From NCBI RefSeq assembly GCF_009914755.1, contig NC_060927.1: a stretch of DNA of 64,000 nt, one strand, 5' to 3'. Under the pieces are notes generated by a model. That model searched no databases and was not told the DNA's origin. It saw only the letters and a list, made by a program, of their open reading frames with translations. The stretch is from the human T2T-CHM13v2.0 reference genome, Homo sapiens. Numbering within the stretch: position 1 is the first letter of the stretch; every line of letters begins with the position of its first letter. A program made the position numbers and the translations under genes. Shown here in pieces: positions 27,156 to 40,484 of the stretch.

Positions 27156-28271
27156 ATATACTGTTTCTCCTTACAAATTAAGGCATATGTACTAATCAAT
27201 TGTCTCTTAACATGCAAATTAAAAGTCATCTTCTGAAATGTGGAGTAACCAAAAGAGTCATTTGTAATTTCCTCATGTTTGGCTTGCCTTTCTCATTGTG
27301 CCAGGTCAAAACACAAAATTTAAGGAGGAGATCTGGTTTGAGAGGTTTTGTATTTTTTTTTTAATTTTATTGATCTCCATTAATTGTGCATGTTCTCCTA
27401 CAAAGAGGTTTCATTCTTTCTAAAATACAGCTCAATTTGGTTGTAATGGAATTGTGAATCCTCTAACATTACATGGCAATATTTCACTTTTCTAGACAAA
27501 CATGAATATTTTTCTAATACCGGAAAGTAAACAAAGGTTCAAAATATTCATTAAAGTAAGAGAGCTACAGGGTCCAGAAAATGCCATGAGACATCTGCCC
27601 ACACAATCACATAAGGCAGTATGTAGACTATTACACAACACAAATAGTCATATTTCCCACCTTATTTTAATCCTGAATTTTACTTTATTTGGATAACATT
27701 TAAAAAATAGATTTGAAGCACAGACCCTTAACACATCTATGATATTCTCTCTACCTTGTGAATTTCAGTGAAAGAAAGATTTAAAACCAGGCTGCAAACC
27801 ATTGACACTTGGAATTGTATGAGAATGAAAACACATACACACACACACACAAACAACTCTGTATAATCCATTATATGTGAGTATTTTATTCATGCATGCC
27901 TGTTTATTACAAGAACAAAAAACTTGCTCTCCAAGACCAGAAAGTAGGACAAAAACAAATGAGAATATTCATAGTCCAATTTCAAAACTATTCCATTGAT
28001 TATTTGAATTGAGGCTGTTGATCCATTATTCAAATGACTGCCTCAACATCATTAATATATATTGACATTTAGATTAATAGACAGATATTTTGTCTCTACC
28101 AAATATCTATATGACATATAAATATAAATATCCTATATAAATATATATGTGTATATAGAGAGAGAGAGTTTACATACACATTTCCTATCTTGGACCAAAC
28201 TAATCAATGTTTTTGTGGTATTTAACTTCTCCCTCATCATCTTAAAAATTTTGTTGAAATGACCTGTAATT

Positions 28272-29074
28272 CTTTTTGATTTTTCTTAAAAATAAAATAT
28301 ATTTTAACTTTTATTTTATATTCAGGGAATACACGCACAGGTTTCTTACAAGGATATATTGCATGATGCTGAGGTTTGGAGTTCAAATGATCCTATCAAC
28401 CAGGTAGTGATCATAGTACCAAATAGGTACTTTTTCAACCCTTTCCCATCTCTTTCCCTCCCAGGCTAGTAGTCCCCAGTGTCTATTCTTGCTATTTTTA
28501 TATCCATGAGCATCCCATGTTTAGCTCCCACTTATAAGTGAGAACATGTGATATTTGATTTTCTGTTCCTGTGTTAATTCGCTTAAAATAATGGCCTCTA
28601 GCTGCATCTATGTTGCTGCAAAGACATGATTTTGTCTTTCTTATGGCTGCATAGTATTTCATAGTATATATGAACTACATTTTCTTTATCCAATCCACCA
28701 CCGTTGGGCACCTAGGTTGATTCCATGTCTTTGCTATTGTGAATAGTGCTGTGATGAACATATGGGTGCATGTGTCTTTTTCTTTTGGATGTATACTCAG
28801 GAATGGGATTGCTGGGCCCAACGGCAGTTCTGTTTGAGTTATTTGAGAAATCTTCAAGCTGCTTTCCACAGGAGCTGAACTAATTTACATTCCTGTCAAC
28901 AGCGGGTAAGGGTTCCCTTTTCTCTAGAGCCTTAGCAGCATGTGCTGTTATTTGACTTTTTAATAGGAGCCATTCTGACTGGTATGAGATGGTTATCTTA
29001 CTGTGGTTTTGAATTACATTTCTCTGATGATTAGTGGTGTTGAGCATTTTTTCATGTTTGATGGTTGCTTCTAT
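28272..29074 (-). mobile_element. 5'-truncated L1PA15/16 3' end with TSD
   Basis: ttgcatgatgctgaggtttgg; tttagctcccacttataagtgagaacatg; ORF 28675-28869 ends TWNQPRCPTVVDWIKKM; TSD atgacctgtaatt 28259 / atgacttgtaatt 29075. Confidence 0.92.
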
Positions 29075-29920
29075 ATGACTTGTAATTTTAATCCAGTAGA
29101 TAAAATTAAAACTATCTTTTATTTATTTCTCTACATTTTTTAAGAAAATATTTCTTACCATTTTTAAAACTTTACAGTTATATTACCAATTATCTTTAAA
29201 CATATAAGTTGTATTTGTTTCTTGCTCAAAAGTACTTTATATGACGATTTTCATTCTCAAAATTACATTTCTTTGTTCATTTGATTGATTATGTTGTTTG
29301 CTTGTTTTTCCAGTGTACCTTCAATAAGTTATTTCTTAGTAGTCACATGACTACTGAATCATCACAAGTTTTACAACTCTAAATAATCACACATCTAAAA
29401 ATGTAACCGGTAAATATTGTTAAATTAAAAACAATTGTACTGTTGAAGGCATTCTTTTATTGTCCTTTAACTCCATTAGTGATAGCGAAAAACAAATGTC
29501 AAACTAATCATTTCATTGTTGTAGGTGATATGTGCTTGTTTTTCACTTTTCCTCTGATAACATCAATATTATCTCTTATTCCTGAAATTATGAAATTTAG
29601 AATGTATTTACGCAGAGTCATAAAATTAGGCTTGCTATTATTTGGATTCCTTCATTTTCTAAGATGTAAACCTTTTTGTTTTTTAAATAAATAAGATTTT
29701 TCATATCATCCTACTTTTGCCCTATTCTCAGTTATCTCCTTTAACACCTATTAGATGAACACTGACTGTTTTAGGTTTTCATCCACATTTCTTAACTTTA
29801 CTCGCATAGATTTCTTGTCTTTTTTCTTTGGAATGGATATCCAACAGAATGCATGAATCCAATCTTTAAATTCACCAAGCATTCATTTTTTAAGTTTTTG
29901 TTATGCATTTTTGCTATTTA

Positions 29921-30135
29921 TTTTTACTTTTTTTTTTTAATTTATTTTGTAAGTTCGGGAGTAAATGTGCAGGTCTGTTACATAAGTAAACTTGTGTCAT
30001 GGGGGTTTGTTGTACAGATCATTTCATCACCCGGGTATTCAGCCTAGTACCCATTGTTGATTTTTCCCGATCTTCTCCCTCTTCCCAGCCTTCACCCTCG
30101 AGCGTCTCCCCAGTGTGTGTTGTTACCCTCTATGT
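29921..30135 (-). mobile_element. L1PA13-like 3'UTR fragment
   Basis: Poly(T), then gtgcaggtctgttacataagtaaacttgtgtcatgggggtttgttgtacagatcatttcatcaccc. Confidence 0.88.
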
Positions 30136-30597
30136 TAGCTACTTATATTGAGATTTTTCTTAAAACTATTTTATCAATTTGTGGGTTTACTTTTATAGAT
30201 GTTATTTTAAAATAAATTCATATTTTTGAAAGCTTTGTATTATTGTAGTAATTTATAAATTATCTTCTACTTTTTTGAACAACTCAATAGAGTTGAAGTT
30301 AATTTTCTATTAAGTTTAGTGTCTATTTTTATAACTTTTAACATTTCTTTAAAATGTGTTAAATTTTTGTTGCCTGGCTATATTTGAAATTTGAGATTAT
30401 CATGATATCTATCTGTATTTTCAAGTGAGAATATACATATATATGTGTGTGCGTTTGCATGCATGTATATACTTCATTATAGTGAAGAATGGTTTTATCA
30501 ATGCCCCGTCACTTTTAAGTACCATTACAATTCAAGTTCTCTAGAAAAACATATTTCTATCATTCACAACTGAATTGTATACATTATGACCACTTTG

Positions 30598-30975
30598 GAA
30601 GGCACAATCATGGCCACTCAAAAGTGTCCCATGTTCTAATTCCCACTACCTGTGCATATGTTAGATTACATAGCAAAGAAAAATTAAGGTTGAAGAAGGT
30701 TGATAATCAGTTGACCTCAAGATAGGAAGATTAAGTTAAAATTACCTTAAAATAGAAAGTTTGGGTTCTAACAGCTGGAAAAGGGAAGGTAATGGATTCT
30801 TCTCTGGAGTCTCCAGATGGAATGAAGCCCTGTCAGCATTTTAATGTTAGCCCATGATACTCATTTCAGATTTCTGATCTCCAAAACTGTAAGAAAATAA
30901 ATTTGTATTGTTCAAGTTTAAGCCACTGATTTTGCAGCAATTTTTTTTGAATAACAGTAGAAGGAAGTAACTGAA
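30598..30975 (+). mobile_element. MLT1D-like MaLR LTR, internally deleted
   Basis: atatgttagattacatagcaaag; ggattcttctctggagtctccaga; ctccaaaactgtaagaaaataaatttgtattgtt. Confidence 0.8.
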
Positions 30976-31219
30976 AACACTTTTTGAGGCAATCTGTTTT
31001 TAACCTAGGCGTATTACTTATAATAGCCCAACATTTTCCAAAGCAAATTATGTCCAATGCAGAAATGATACAAGTTTGGGAATTTGGGGCATTAGGAAAT
31101 TGGTTAAAAGAATATTGCCAATATGGACAAATTGAAGGAAACACTTCTCTCATAGTAAACTTCACAAAGAGAAAAAATGTATTCACCAGCCACAGATTGC
31201 AACTCTAAAATTGGTTAAT

Positions 31220-31300
31220 GTAGGTTGGTGCAAAAGTAGTTGTGGTTTCTTTCATCACTTTTAATGCAAAAACTGTAATTACCTTTGCACCAGTTTAATA
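31220..31300. mobile_element. MADE1 (Hsmar1 MITE), intact length
   Basis: taggttggtgcaaaagtagttgtggttt...aaaaactgtaattacctttgcaccagtttaata; ~80-bp imperfect palindrome. Confidence 0.9.
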
Positions 31301-32552
31301 ATTTATCAAATGGTACTTACTAGTAAAACAAAATGCAATAAGTATAATTCAGAATGCTAGTGCGTAAAACCCATAAAAGTAAATCATGTTTTCATACATG
31401 AATACATTTATGATTATGTAATAGAAAGTACTTTTTGTTAAAAATCTTGCAAAAGTACATTTGGTAAACATTTTTGAAGTAAGCAAGTATAGTATTTATC
31501 TATTTTTTATATATGCTTTATATTTGGAAATCTGATTTTTGATTATGATTATTACGTAAACAAATCAATAAATTAGACAGTAAGCTTATACTTACTATAT
31601 TGTCCACTTTTCATACCCATCATTTGTGTGAATCAATTATCATTGATTGTCAATTACTTTCTAAATTGCACTGCTTATAACAGGCTTCTGGTTTATGTTT
31701 TGCTATAGTTGATTTTGATTATAAACCATTATACTCAACTTTAATAGACTTAAGACAATGCTCTCTATCTAGAGCAGTTAGTTTCTCTTTTCTCTAGACC
31801 AAGTGAACTAATTCAAAGAATCTAGGCTCTCAAGAAGTGAAAACTTAGAGATAAACCTAAATAAATAGATTCAATGACAGAATGAAATTATGATGGTATA
31901 AAGGCAATGTTACAGGGATGGTTAACATCTCTTGGAGATTGTGCAGATATTCAAACTACTATTACGACTTGGGACATCTTTCCTTACAAGTAATAACAGT
32001 TTTGTTGTCAATGATTGTCTCTAAATATTTTACCAGATATGGACTGGGACTTGAGCCATAGAAGGTAAAATGAAAAGAAAATCCAGGGCAAAGTTCACCT
32101 AACAATACTGCTATGACCCTCCATTTCTTGCAATCTTACCATTTTACATGTTTTTACATGCTCTTTCACAGGTCAACACATCTGTAGATCATTGCCTGAA
32201 ATGACAGTAATAAATTGAGTAGTATTGCTGTTAGTGTGAAATTAACTGACGATAATGTAATAAACGAACATCTTACAAACATTAACCAATTCACCATTGA
32301 TGGATATGAAGATAAAGATGTGGATTTAAAGCTAGTCTCCTTATATATAAACAATCAATGGTATGTAGCAGAAAACTGTCTACTTGGAGCCAAATAATTC
32401 ATAAAACTTTAGCCTCAGTAGAAAGTCCAAAAAGATAATAAGTCAAGTAAAAGTGAAATACATTTTTAAAAATTACTCTTTACATAGATTGATAGATTAA
32501 CTCACGAGGAACTTCTGTTTCTTTCAGCAGTTTTCAAGAAATATAGTTTCCC

Positions 32553-32847
32553 TGCCAGAAAAGTTGGCTTTCGCCTGTAATCCCAGCACTTTGGGAGATC
32601 GAGGTGGGTGGATCACCTGAGGTCAGGAGTTCGAGACCAACCTGGCCAACATAGTGAAACCCCATGTCTACTAAAAATACAAAAATTAGCTGGGCGTGGT
32701 GGTGTGCGGCTGTAATTCCAACTACTCAGGAGGCTGAGGCAGGAGAAGTGCATGAACCCAGGAGGCAGAGGTTTCAATGAGCCGAGATTGCACTGCTGCA
32801 CTCCAGCTTGTGCTGTGACTCCTGCCTGGACGACAGAGTAAGACTCT

Positions 32848-32883
<36 letters not shown>
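32553..32883 (+). mobile_element. AluSx/Sz SINE with small internal duplication and ~32-nt poly(A)
   Basis: Alu body; extra tgctgtgactcctgcctgg after ctgcactccagcttg. Confidence 0.93.

Positions 32884-32927
<44 letters not shown>
32883..32927. repeat. (AT)~22 perfect dinucleotide run
   Basis: Read directly, abutting the Alu tail. Confidence 0.97.
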
Positions 32928-32931
<4 letters not shown>

Positions 32932-35900
32932 GTCCCAAACACCAACTACTAAGTTGCAGTAAATCAAATACATTACTTATTTTTCACCAATAATATACAT
33001 TATTCCTCGTATAGCTTATTGCTTAAACTTATTTAACTGTGAAGTGTTCATACCTGTACATGTTTGGATTTCTTATTCTATTTAAAAAATAAATCTATTT
33101 CACTGCTTATGTGTTAGTCATGAGCTACAATTTTAATTTTAACTTTTAACTGTAATTGTAATTAATGCAATTTGCATCAGTATTACAATTAAGATGTTCA
33201 TCAAATAATAGCCAGATATATATGTACGCATATATATTTGAATATTTTATTGAAATAAACTCTTCCAATGCATTAAAAAAGACTTTAAATAAAACAAACC
33301 AGTGTAAATGGACTAAATGACTAAATTCTGCCATGCACCTCTCTATGTAGTTTCAAACTACATGGACAAGCTAGGTCATAGGTAAGTGCAATGTGGACAC
33401 AGCATGAGTTAGAAAGAAAGTGATATAGATAATTAAAATCACTAGAGTTTGACACATGAGGCAGGGATGAAACTTTGGTGCTTGTGGTTTTGTAGGTGGC
33501 GCTGAGAATCTTTGAATAAAAATCTCAGTTAAAGTAACTGTATGTCTTCTTAAAGAGCCTGTGAAAATGGAGAAGTTATAGGATACATTATCTCAGAAAA
33601 TGAATAAAAAATGTAAAAGCATTAGAGCTTCAACCAGATGTGCACTCAGAATTGAAAGCTGAAGGATGCAACTATCACCATGAACATGATGTACAACATC
33701 CATCTTTGGTCCATCCATTCACTTAGCGACCTGTGAATAATGTTTTTCAAATGGCTTCATCATCACTCACACAGGCCCGAACCCAGACCCACGTTATAGG
33801 TTCCGGAGTCAAAATTTTGTTGACAATGAAGAGTCCTATGCACAGAAATATAAGCAAGAGCAATGTATAAATAAATCTTTTAGCATTAACCAGCCATAAA
33901 ATTTTTCTTCCAGCTGGTAATGAAACAACAGAAATAATCTGAATGTTAACAGCAAAAGTGAAAACCAAGCTATAGATGCAGGTTTTATTTTGTTTTAGAT
34001 TCATCAGATCTTTTACCATTTCTTTCACTTTTTTTGTTTCATTTTGTTTATGTGTTTTTGAAAGAGGTCTTAAAGTAGAAATATCAAAAGCAGGTGGTAT
34101 TGTCTGTAATTATCTTCTAATGATATGGGTCAGATGTTTATTTTTTTCCATATTTCATAATATTATCACAGATTCTTCTGGTAGGTTTTTTCCAATTTAC
34201 AGTTAATGTGTTTTCTAATGACATAAAGTGTAAATATAATATTGACTATTCCATTCCTGAATTTTGAATCGGAGAAGATGTGATTGTAATGAGCCAATTA
34301 AGCTATCATAAAATGTCTGAGCAGCATGCAGTTTTATTGAAAGAATTGCCTGACCTATCAATATTGTTTTCTTTCCTCTCAGATTTAATCTTGTACTTAA
34401 CATGCAATGGAGAGTTGGGATAGAGCTAGAAGCCTGAGGTACTAGACAAGGCTCTGGGGTCTTTAGCATGGATAAGATAAGACATACATATTAACATGCT
34501 ATTTTTCTTTTCATAAGTTAGAACAGGGCAAATTTGACAAGGACAATTAAAGGAGAAAAAGCAGCCCTGCAGCCTTCCTATCAATATTAATTCTACCTCT
34601 CTCTCCAGGCACATTTCTATCATACCCAGTAACTTTTATCCTTCAACTCCTTTCTTCTTGCTATTTCTATCCATCTCCTTATCATCATCTGGGTGCTAGC
34701 AAAATGCAACATAATCATAGTGAGGGAGTGAAGAAAATCAGTTCTACACCCTTGTTTTCTCAACTCAAGCTGAAGGTGGAATCCTATTACCAAATATAAT
34801 GACAAACACATGCTATTGTGGTTAAACACCTATATAAAATAAAACAACAATCGACAAACAAAAGCAATGCCCACATTGCCAGATTCTGTGTCTATCCATT
34901 GGCCTTAAGAATGATCATCTTATGTAGAAATCTTTCTTGATATCCTCTGTTTAGTTGATCCACAATTTGCTTCATGGTAACAACACTCCTTATCATAAAG
35001 ACTGGTAACAACTTATGCACTTAGCAATAAAATATAATAAAATAAATGAGTTCTCAATCAGGTAATAGGTGTTTGTAAACTCAAGAAAAATGAGTGGAAG
35101 ACTGGTGTTAGGTTAGCTTGAGAATAAACCTGTGAGTTTGAGTACATGACAGGTCTTTACCCTACATTGATACCATAGGATTTTTCCATAAGGAAAGCAT
35201 ATAAAGCCTCATTTTCAAGCATAACAGTAGAATATATTCAGTGTAAATATCCCCTTGTTTTGATTTGTTTTTCTTCTTTGATAACGCAAGCTAAAAATCT
35301 ACAGCTTTCTTTTTCCTAAGTGTGTTGAATCCAGGTCTAAAATTAACTTAGAAAAAAGAGTGACAAATGCTATATTTTTTTTAACTCCAATGCATATAAG
35401 ATACTTATTGAAGAGTTTATGAGATATTGTTCATTCCTTAGTGCTTATGTGAGAGGGAAAGAGAAGACAAATGGAAAAGCAGTGATCTGCAGCAGTGGAA
35501 ATTCTGTACACTGACAACAGGGACATCACTAAGTGGCAGTTCAGTGTAGTTGATGGTCCCAACACTCTACCCCAGTAGATGTGAATTCTTGTTTTGAGCA
35601 CCACAAGAGCTATGACCCAAACACAAAGCAAGAGGTAAACTTGATACACTCTGTTTTATCCCAGGACTCCTTTAAAAAGCATCATTATTGAATTAGAAGA
35701 AGGGCAAAATTTATTGGTATATTGAAATATTTGAATTTATGATGAGACTATTGAGTAAGTCGGCCTATCATTGAGAGAGAAATGTGCTATTTGGTTACAG
35801 AAAAAAAGGGCTAACAAATTGTGAGAGAGTTCATACTTTTAAATCATTGATAAAAATCTTATATTTTCTGGAGATAAGTACTATTGTACCCATCACTAAT

Positions 35901-36761
35901 TCTTCCTTTTTTAAAAACAACAATTTTCCTTCATTTTAAAATTTGTAACTTAAAAAGCACTTTCATACATATTATGTCATGTTGTTTTAGGATAATAAAA
36001 TGAATAGAAGCCAAAATGTAATGGGCATACAAAAAAATATTCCCAATGCCTGCTAAGGACTGTAAAAGTAAGAAAAAGAAAAAGCAATTTTTATCTTCAG
36101 ATACAGCAATATTTACCTTTGGGTTATCTTGGTACCAATCCTTGAGTTTTTGAAACTCACAGCAACTTGGGTTGTAACTTGAAATGTAAGTCTAGTTACA
36201 TTTAAATATAAATATGAATACACATATTGCAATAAACGGTATGCACACAAGTATGAGAAAGGCAAGCGTATAATTTCATGTGCTATTTATCTGTAAATAC
36301 ATATACAGTCCCATGAATTGTCTTCCTTTATCATATATCTTAATTCACACACAATTATTTAAATAACATTTAAAAAATTATAAATTGGTATTTTAAATAT
36401 TACTATTGCTTTTGATTTTGTTGGTGGTAGAGCAGGATAACTTTTGAAGAAGTTTTGTGTTTAAGTTAAATTTAATATATTGTGTAATAAAAATGATATT
36501 ATTGTAATGACGGTCATTCATGCTGCAGATAAAATGCAATGTGCTTGGGAATATGTAAGCATGTCTTCATCGAGATGTTTTTGTACTTGTTCGAACACTG
36601 AAATTGATGCTTTCATGTTGGAACCAGGCCCTGATGAACAGAACATTCAACAGAACATTAACAGTAGGGACGAAGACAATGATAAGTAATATGGATTGCC
36701 ACCAATATAATGGAATACTATGGAACATTTTCTTTTTATAGGAATTATTTTCTTTTATAAA

Positions 36762-36886
36762 TTTATTTTATTTTTTTCTTACAGAGACAAGTTCCCACTA
36801 TGTCGCAAACTCCTAGGCTGAAGCAATCCTCCCATCTCAGCCTCCAATATTTCTGGGATTATGGGCATGAGCCATCATGCCTGGCC
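36762..36886 (-). mobile_element. FLAM / Alu left monomer
   Basis: agagacaagttcccactatgt...aagcaatcctcccatctcagcctcc...tgagccatcatgcctggcc. Confidence 0.85.
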
Positions 36887-37498
36887 TCAGATATTTCTTT
36901 CAAATACAATTTTACATAAAAGTTTATGGAAAAAAATAATGAATTGCCAACTCATAACACAAACTTAATGCTTACTGTGGCCATTAGAGGTTAAAAATGT
37001 AGCAATTAATCAAATATTTCTACGGTGACTTCATTTTACCCTGCAAGCATTTTGGTCTCTTCATTAGCAGCTAATGGAAATATTTGGAAAAAAGTCTAAC
37101 AATGGCTGATATCTGCAATCAAACAGATATCCTTTCAGACACTCTGATGCTGAGCTACCTTTCATTAAGAAGTGTTATCAGTCTAATTTAATCTCCACAT
37201 TTAAAAACTAGAATTCTGAAAGTTGCATACTATCTAGTTTTCAAAAACATAGAAGCAAACATGTTACTGAATTATACTTACTTTTGACAACTACATTTTT
37301 TCAAATTAAAAATTTCTCACACATTTGGTTGAATCTATTATTAATCTTTACTTGTTTTGAAAACCATTGCTTAGTATTTTTAACATTTCCTGCACCACAG
37401 TAATTATAACATTTTATATTTATGCTAAATAAGTGTCTTCTATTTTTATTCAAGATTAATTATATGTGTGTTTTTGTGATTAACGCAGTTCTTTAAAT

Positions 37499-38168
37499 CA
37501 GGGGTCCCTAAACCCCAGTCCACTGACCAGTAGAAATAAAGTACACAATAAATGTAATGTCCATAAATCATCCCAAAACCATCTCCCACCCCCATTATAG
37601 GGAAAAATTGTCTTCCACGAAACTGTTCTCTGGTGCCAAAAAGATTGGAGACTGCTGCTTTAAGTGACATAAGGTAATGGTCCATGGCCTGTAAGCAACT
37701 GGGCAGCCCAGCCAGAGGTGAGCAAACAGAGGAATGAGCAAGGCTTCATTTCTATTTACATATGCTCCCCGTCACTTGGATTAGTGCCTGAGCTCCACCT
37801 CCTGTCAGATCAGCAGTGGCACTAGATCTCATAAGAGCATGAACTGTATTGTGAACTGCACATATGAGTGAGCTAGGTTGCATGCTCCTTATGAGTATCT
37901 AATGCCTGATGATCTGTCACCTTCTGCCATCACCCCCAGATGGGTCCACCTAGTTGCAGGAAAACAAGCTCAGGGCTCCCACTGTTCCTACATTATGGTG
38001 AGTTGTATAATTATTCCATTATATATTACAATGTAATAACAGTAGAAATAAGGTGCACAATAAACGTTATGCCTGTAAATCATCCCCAAACCATGCCCAC
38101 CCCAAATATATGGAAAAATGGTCTTCCACGAAACTGGTCCCTGGTGCCAAAAAGGTTGGAGACTGCTG
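37499..38168 (+). mobile_element. MER1A (hAT-Charlie) with an internal extra copy of its own 3' end
   Basis: caggggtccc start, ggttggagactgctg end; 8-bp TSD ctttaaat / ctttaaga; body gagctccacctcctgtcagatcagcagtggc. Confidence 0.93.
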
Positions 38169-38204
38169 CTTTAAGAGACATACATTTGTATGTAATTTAG
38201 AATT

Positions 38205-39149
38205 CTATAGACTGAATGCTCCCTGACACTGGCCACTGAGCTAAACCTGAATTATGACTTTTTACCCTTGGCATGGTCTTAGCATGAGTGTAGTATCATT
38301 CTCAGCCTCTCGACTTGGAGGTTGACCATGTGGCTTGCTTTAACTAACGGTATGTAGTCATCCATGACCGTGTGCTTTTCTGAATCTAAGTCTTAAGAGT
38401 CTCATGTAATTCTGTGTATTGCCTTGTGCTTTTGACATCACTATGATAAGAGCATGCCCTGCTGACCTGCTAATCCAAGGAGGATGACATACATGGAGAG
38501 TGGACTAGAACTCACAGACCTGCAGTGTGGAGAAAAATGGTACATCTAAACCCAACCTGGAGCAGATGACCCCTAGGTGACCTCAGTTTCATGAAAAAAC
38601 AGTTAAAATCAGAAGACCTTGTAAAGCTGAGCCCTGCCCTGGTCAGCCAACTCACAGTTGGCTGATAATGCCTCAGGGCATTAGCAGGTCTATGATTCTT
38701 AATGTAGTTTGATATAAAAGCACACTTTTTGGTGTGGTTTAGCTCCATGTCTCCATCCAAATCTCATCTTGAATTGTGATCCCTATGTGTCGAGGGAGGG
38801 TCCTCATGGGAGATGATTGGATCATGGGGGCAGTTTCCCCCATGCTGGTCTCATGACAGTGAATGAGTTCTCAAGAGATCTGGTTGTTTGAAAGTGTGGC
38901 ACATCTCCTATCTCTCCGTCTCCTGCAGCTATGTAAGAATTGCTTTGCTTTCTCTTTGCCTTCCACCAGGATTGTAGGTTTCCTGAGGCCTCCCCCGCCA
39001 TAACAGAACTGTGAGTCAATTAAACCTCTTTTATTTATAAATTACCCAGTTTCAGGTAGTTTTCTATAGCAGCGTGAAAATGGACTACTACCCTTTTTTT
39101 TTTTGCTTTTGATTTTGTTCGTTTCATTTGGCAATAGCCAATTAATACA
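38205..39149 (+). mobile_element. Old MLT1 (I/J-like) LTR interrupted by THE1D
   Basis: gaccatgtggcttgctttaactaa; aagagcatgccctg...tccaaggaggatga; terminal ggcaatagccaattaataca after the THE1D. Confidence 0.6.
38730..39092 (+). mobile_element. THE1D-like MaLR solo LTR
   Basis: ccaaatctcatcttgaattgt...tttcctgaggcctcccc...gaactgtgagtcaattaaacctctttt...ttatagcagcgtgaaaatggacta-like end. Confidence 0.9.
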
Positions 39150-40430
39150 ACTACTTTATTTTTCATAGATATTTTCCTGTGTTTCTTCTTCTGTCCTTTT
39201 GCTAAAATGGGTAATTGATATTAAATAATTAAGTAAGTTACTAAGTGTGCCACGTAAAATTACTACAGTGTGAGGACATTACAGTGTACGTACTATGAAC
39301 AGTAGACTAACCAACAGGTCAACTAGGTTCAGTTTATTCCAATTCACAAGGGGAATGCTTTGAGAGTTTTTGTATTTGTCTGTTTTTTTTTTTTTTTTTG
39401 GACCACCTAGCTTTCTTTTTAGTCTGGTAATTGAAATCTCTTTTTTTTCTTTTTGATATTTTCTTTGATGTATGAATAACTACTTGGTGATACCTTAAAA
39501 AAGCATGCTCTGAAAAGCCACCTAAAGCCAAGTATTGAAGCTTTAGTCTCCCTTAAATTTTATTTAAACATTTAGTAACTTTGCTTTATCTGGATAAGCT
39601 CTATCTGGAGCAGTTCTCCTAAGTGCTGCTCACTGCCGTCAAGTCATTTATAACCCATCAACATTGCACTTAGTTTTATCTACTCATGTTTTATCTTCTT
39701 AAAGGTAAGGATGCTATTGGGTTGAATTCAGTAAGACATAGAAGTGAATTTTCACTGCCATCATAAAATTCTGCCTGGTTCTTACTGTGTCATGGCAAAC
39801 ATTTGTGAGATTCTTAGTTTATGTTACTAGTTCAATGTGTACTCAAAGTCTAACTAAATCACAAAGAATGAAGTTTCAATTCTCTCCCCAGAATAACAGC
39901 TATGTTGGGAAACTCACAGTCACCTGATTGGAACACAAAGTCTATATTCAATGGCAAAAGAAACCAAATCACTTAAGTCAGGATAATAAACAATCACAAT
40001 GTAGAAAAAATTAGGTTGTGTTACATATAGTTTTTTTTAACATCTAGCGAGGTAAGATGCCAAAGGCAAGCTTAGATATAAAACCACTGTAAAACTGATT
40101 TCACATAACACCAGTGTAGAATCCAGGCAATAATTCACTTAATCATGCTCTACAAAATCAAGATTGCATGAAGTTCTACTGTGAATGGCTGTCATTACTA
40201 TTGATTAGAATAACTAGATTTAGACAAGTTGCTGAAAGGATAGACTTAAAATAATCAAGTTTCAATAACATTTCACTTTTAGAGAAATCTGTGAAAGATA
40301 TAATCAAGAATATCACTTTCAAGTAACTAGGACTTCATAAATCCCTGAAAAAAATTTATTTTCCAAAATAAATAAAATAGAAGAGAATATAATAGAGAAG
40401 GTATGTGTACAATATGATCAGGCATTATGA

Positions 40431-40431
40431 A

Positions 40432-40484
<53 letters not shown>

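Noticed and set aside
32215-32397. Protein-looking 60-aa ORF (SSIAVSVKLTDDNVINEHL...)
   Set aside because: Starts at TTG, not ATG; no recognisable domain; the nearby acceptor gives stops in all frames
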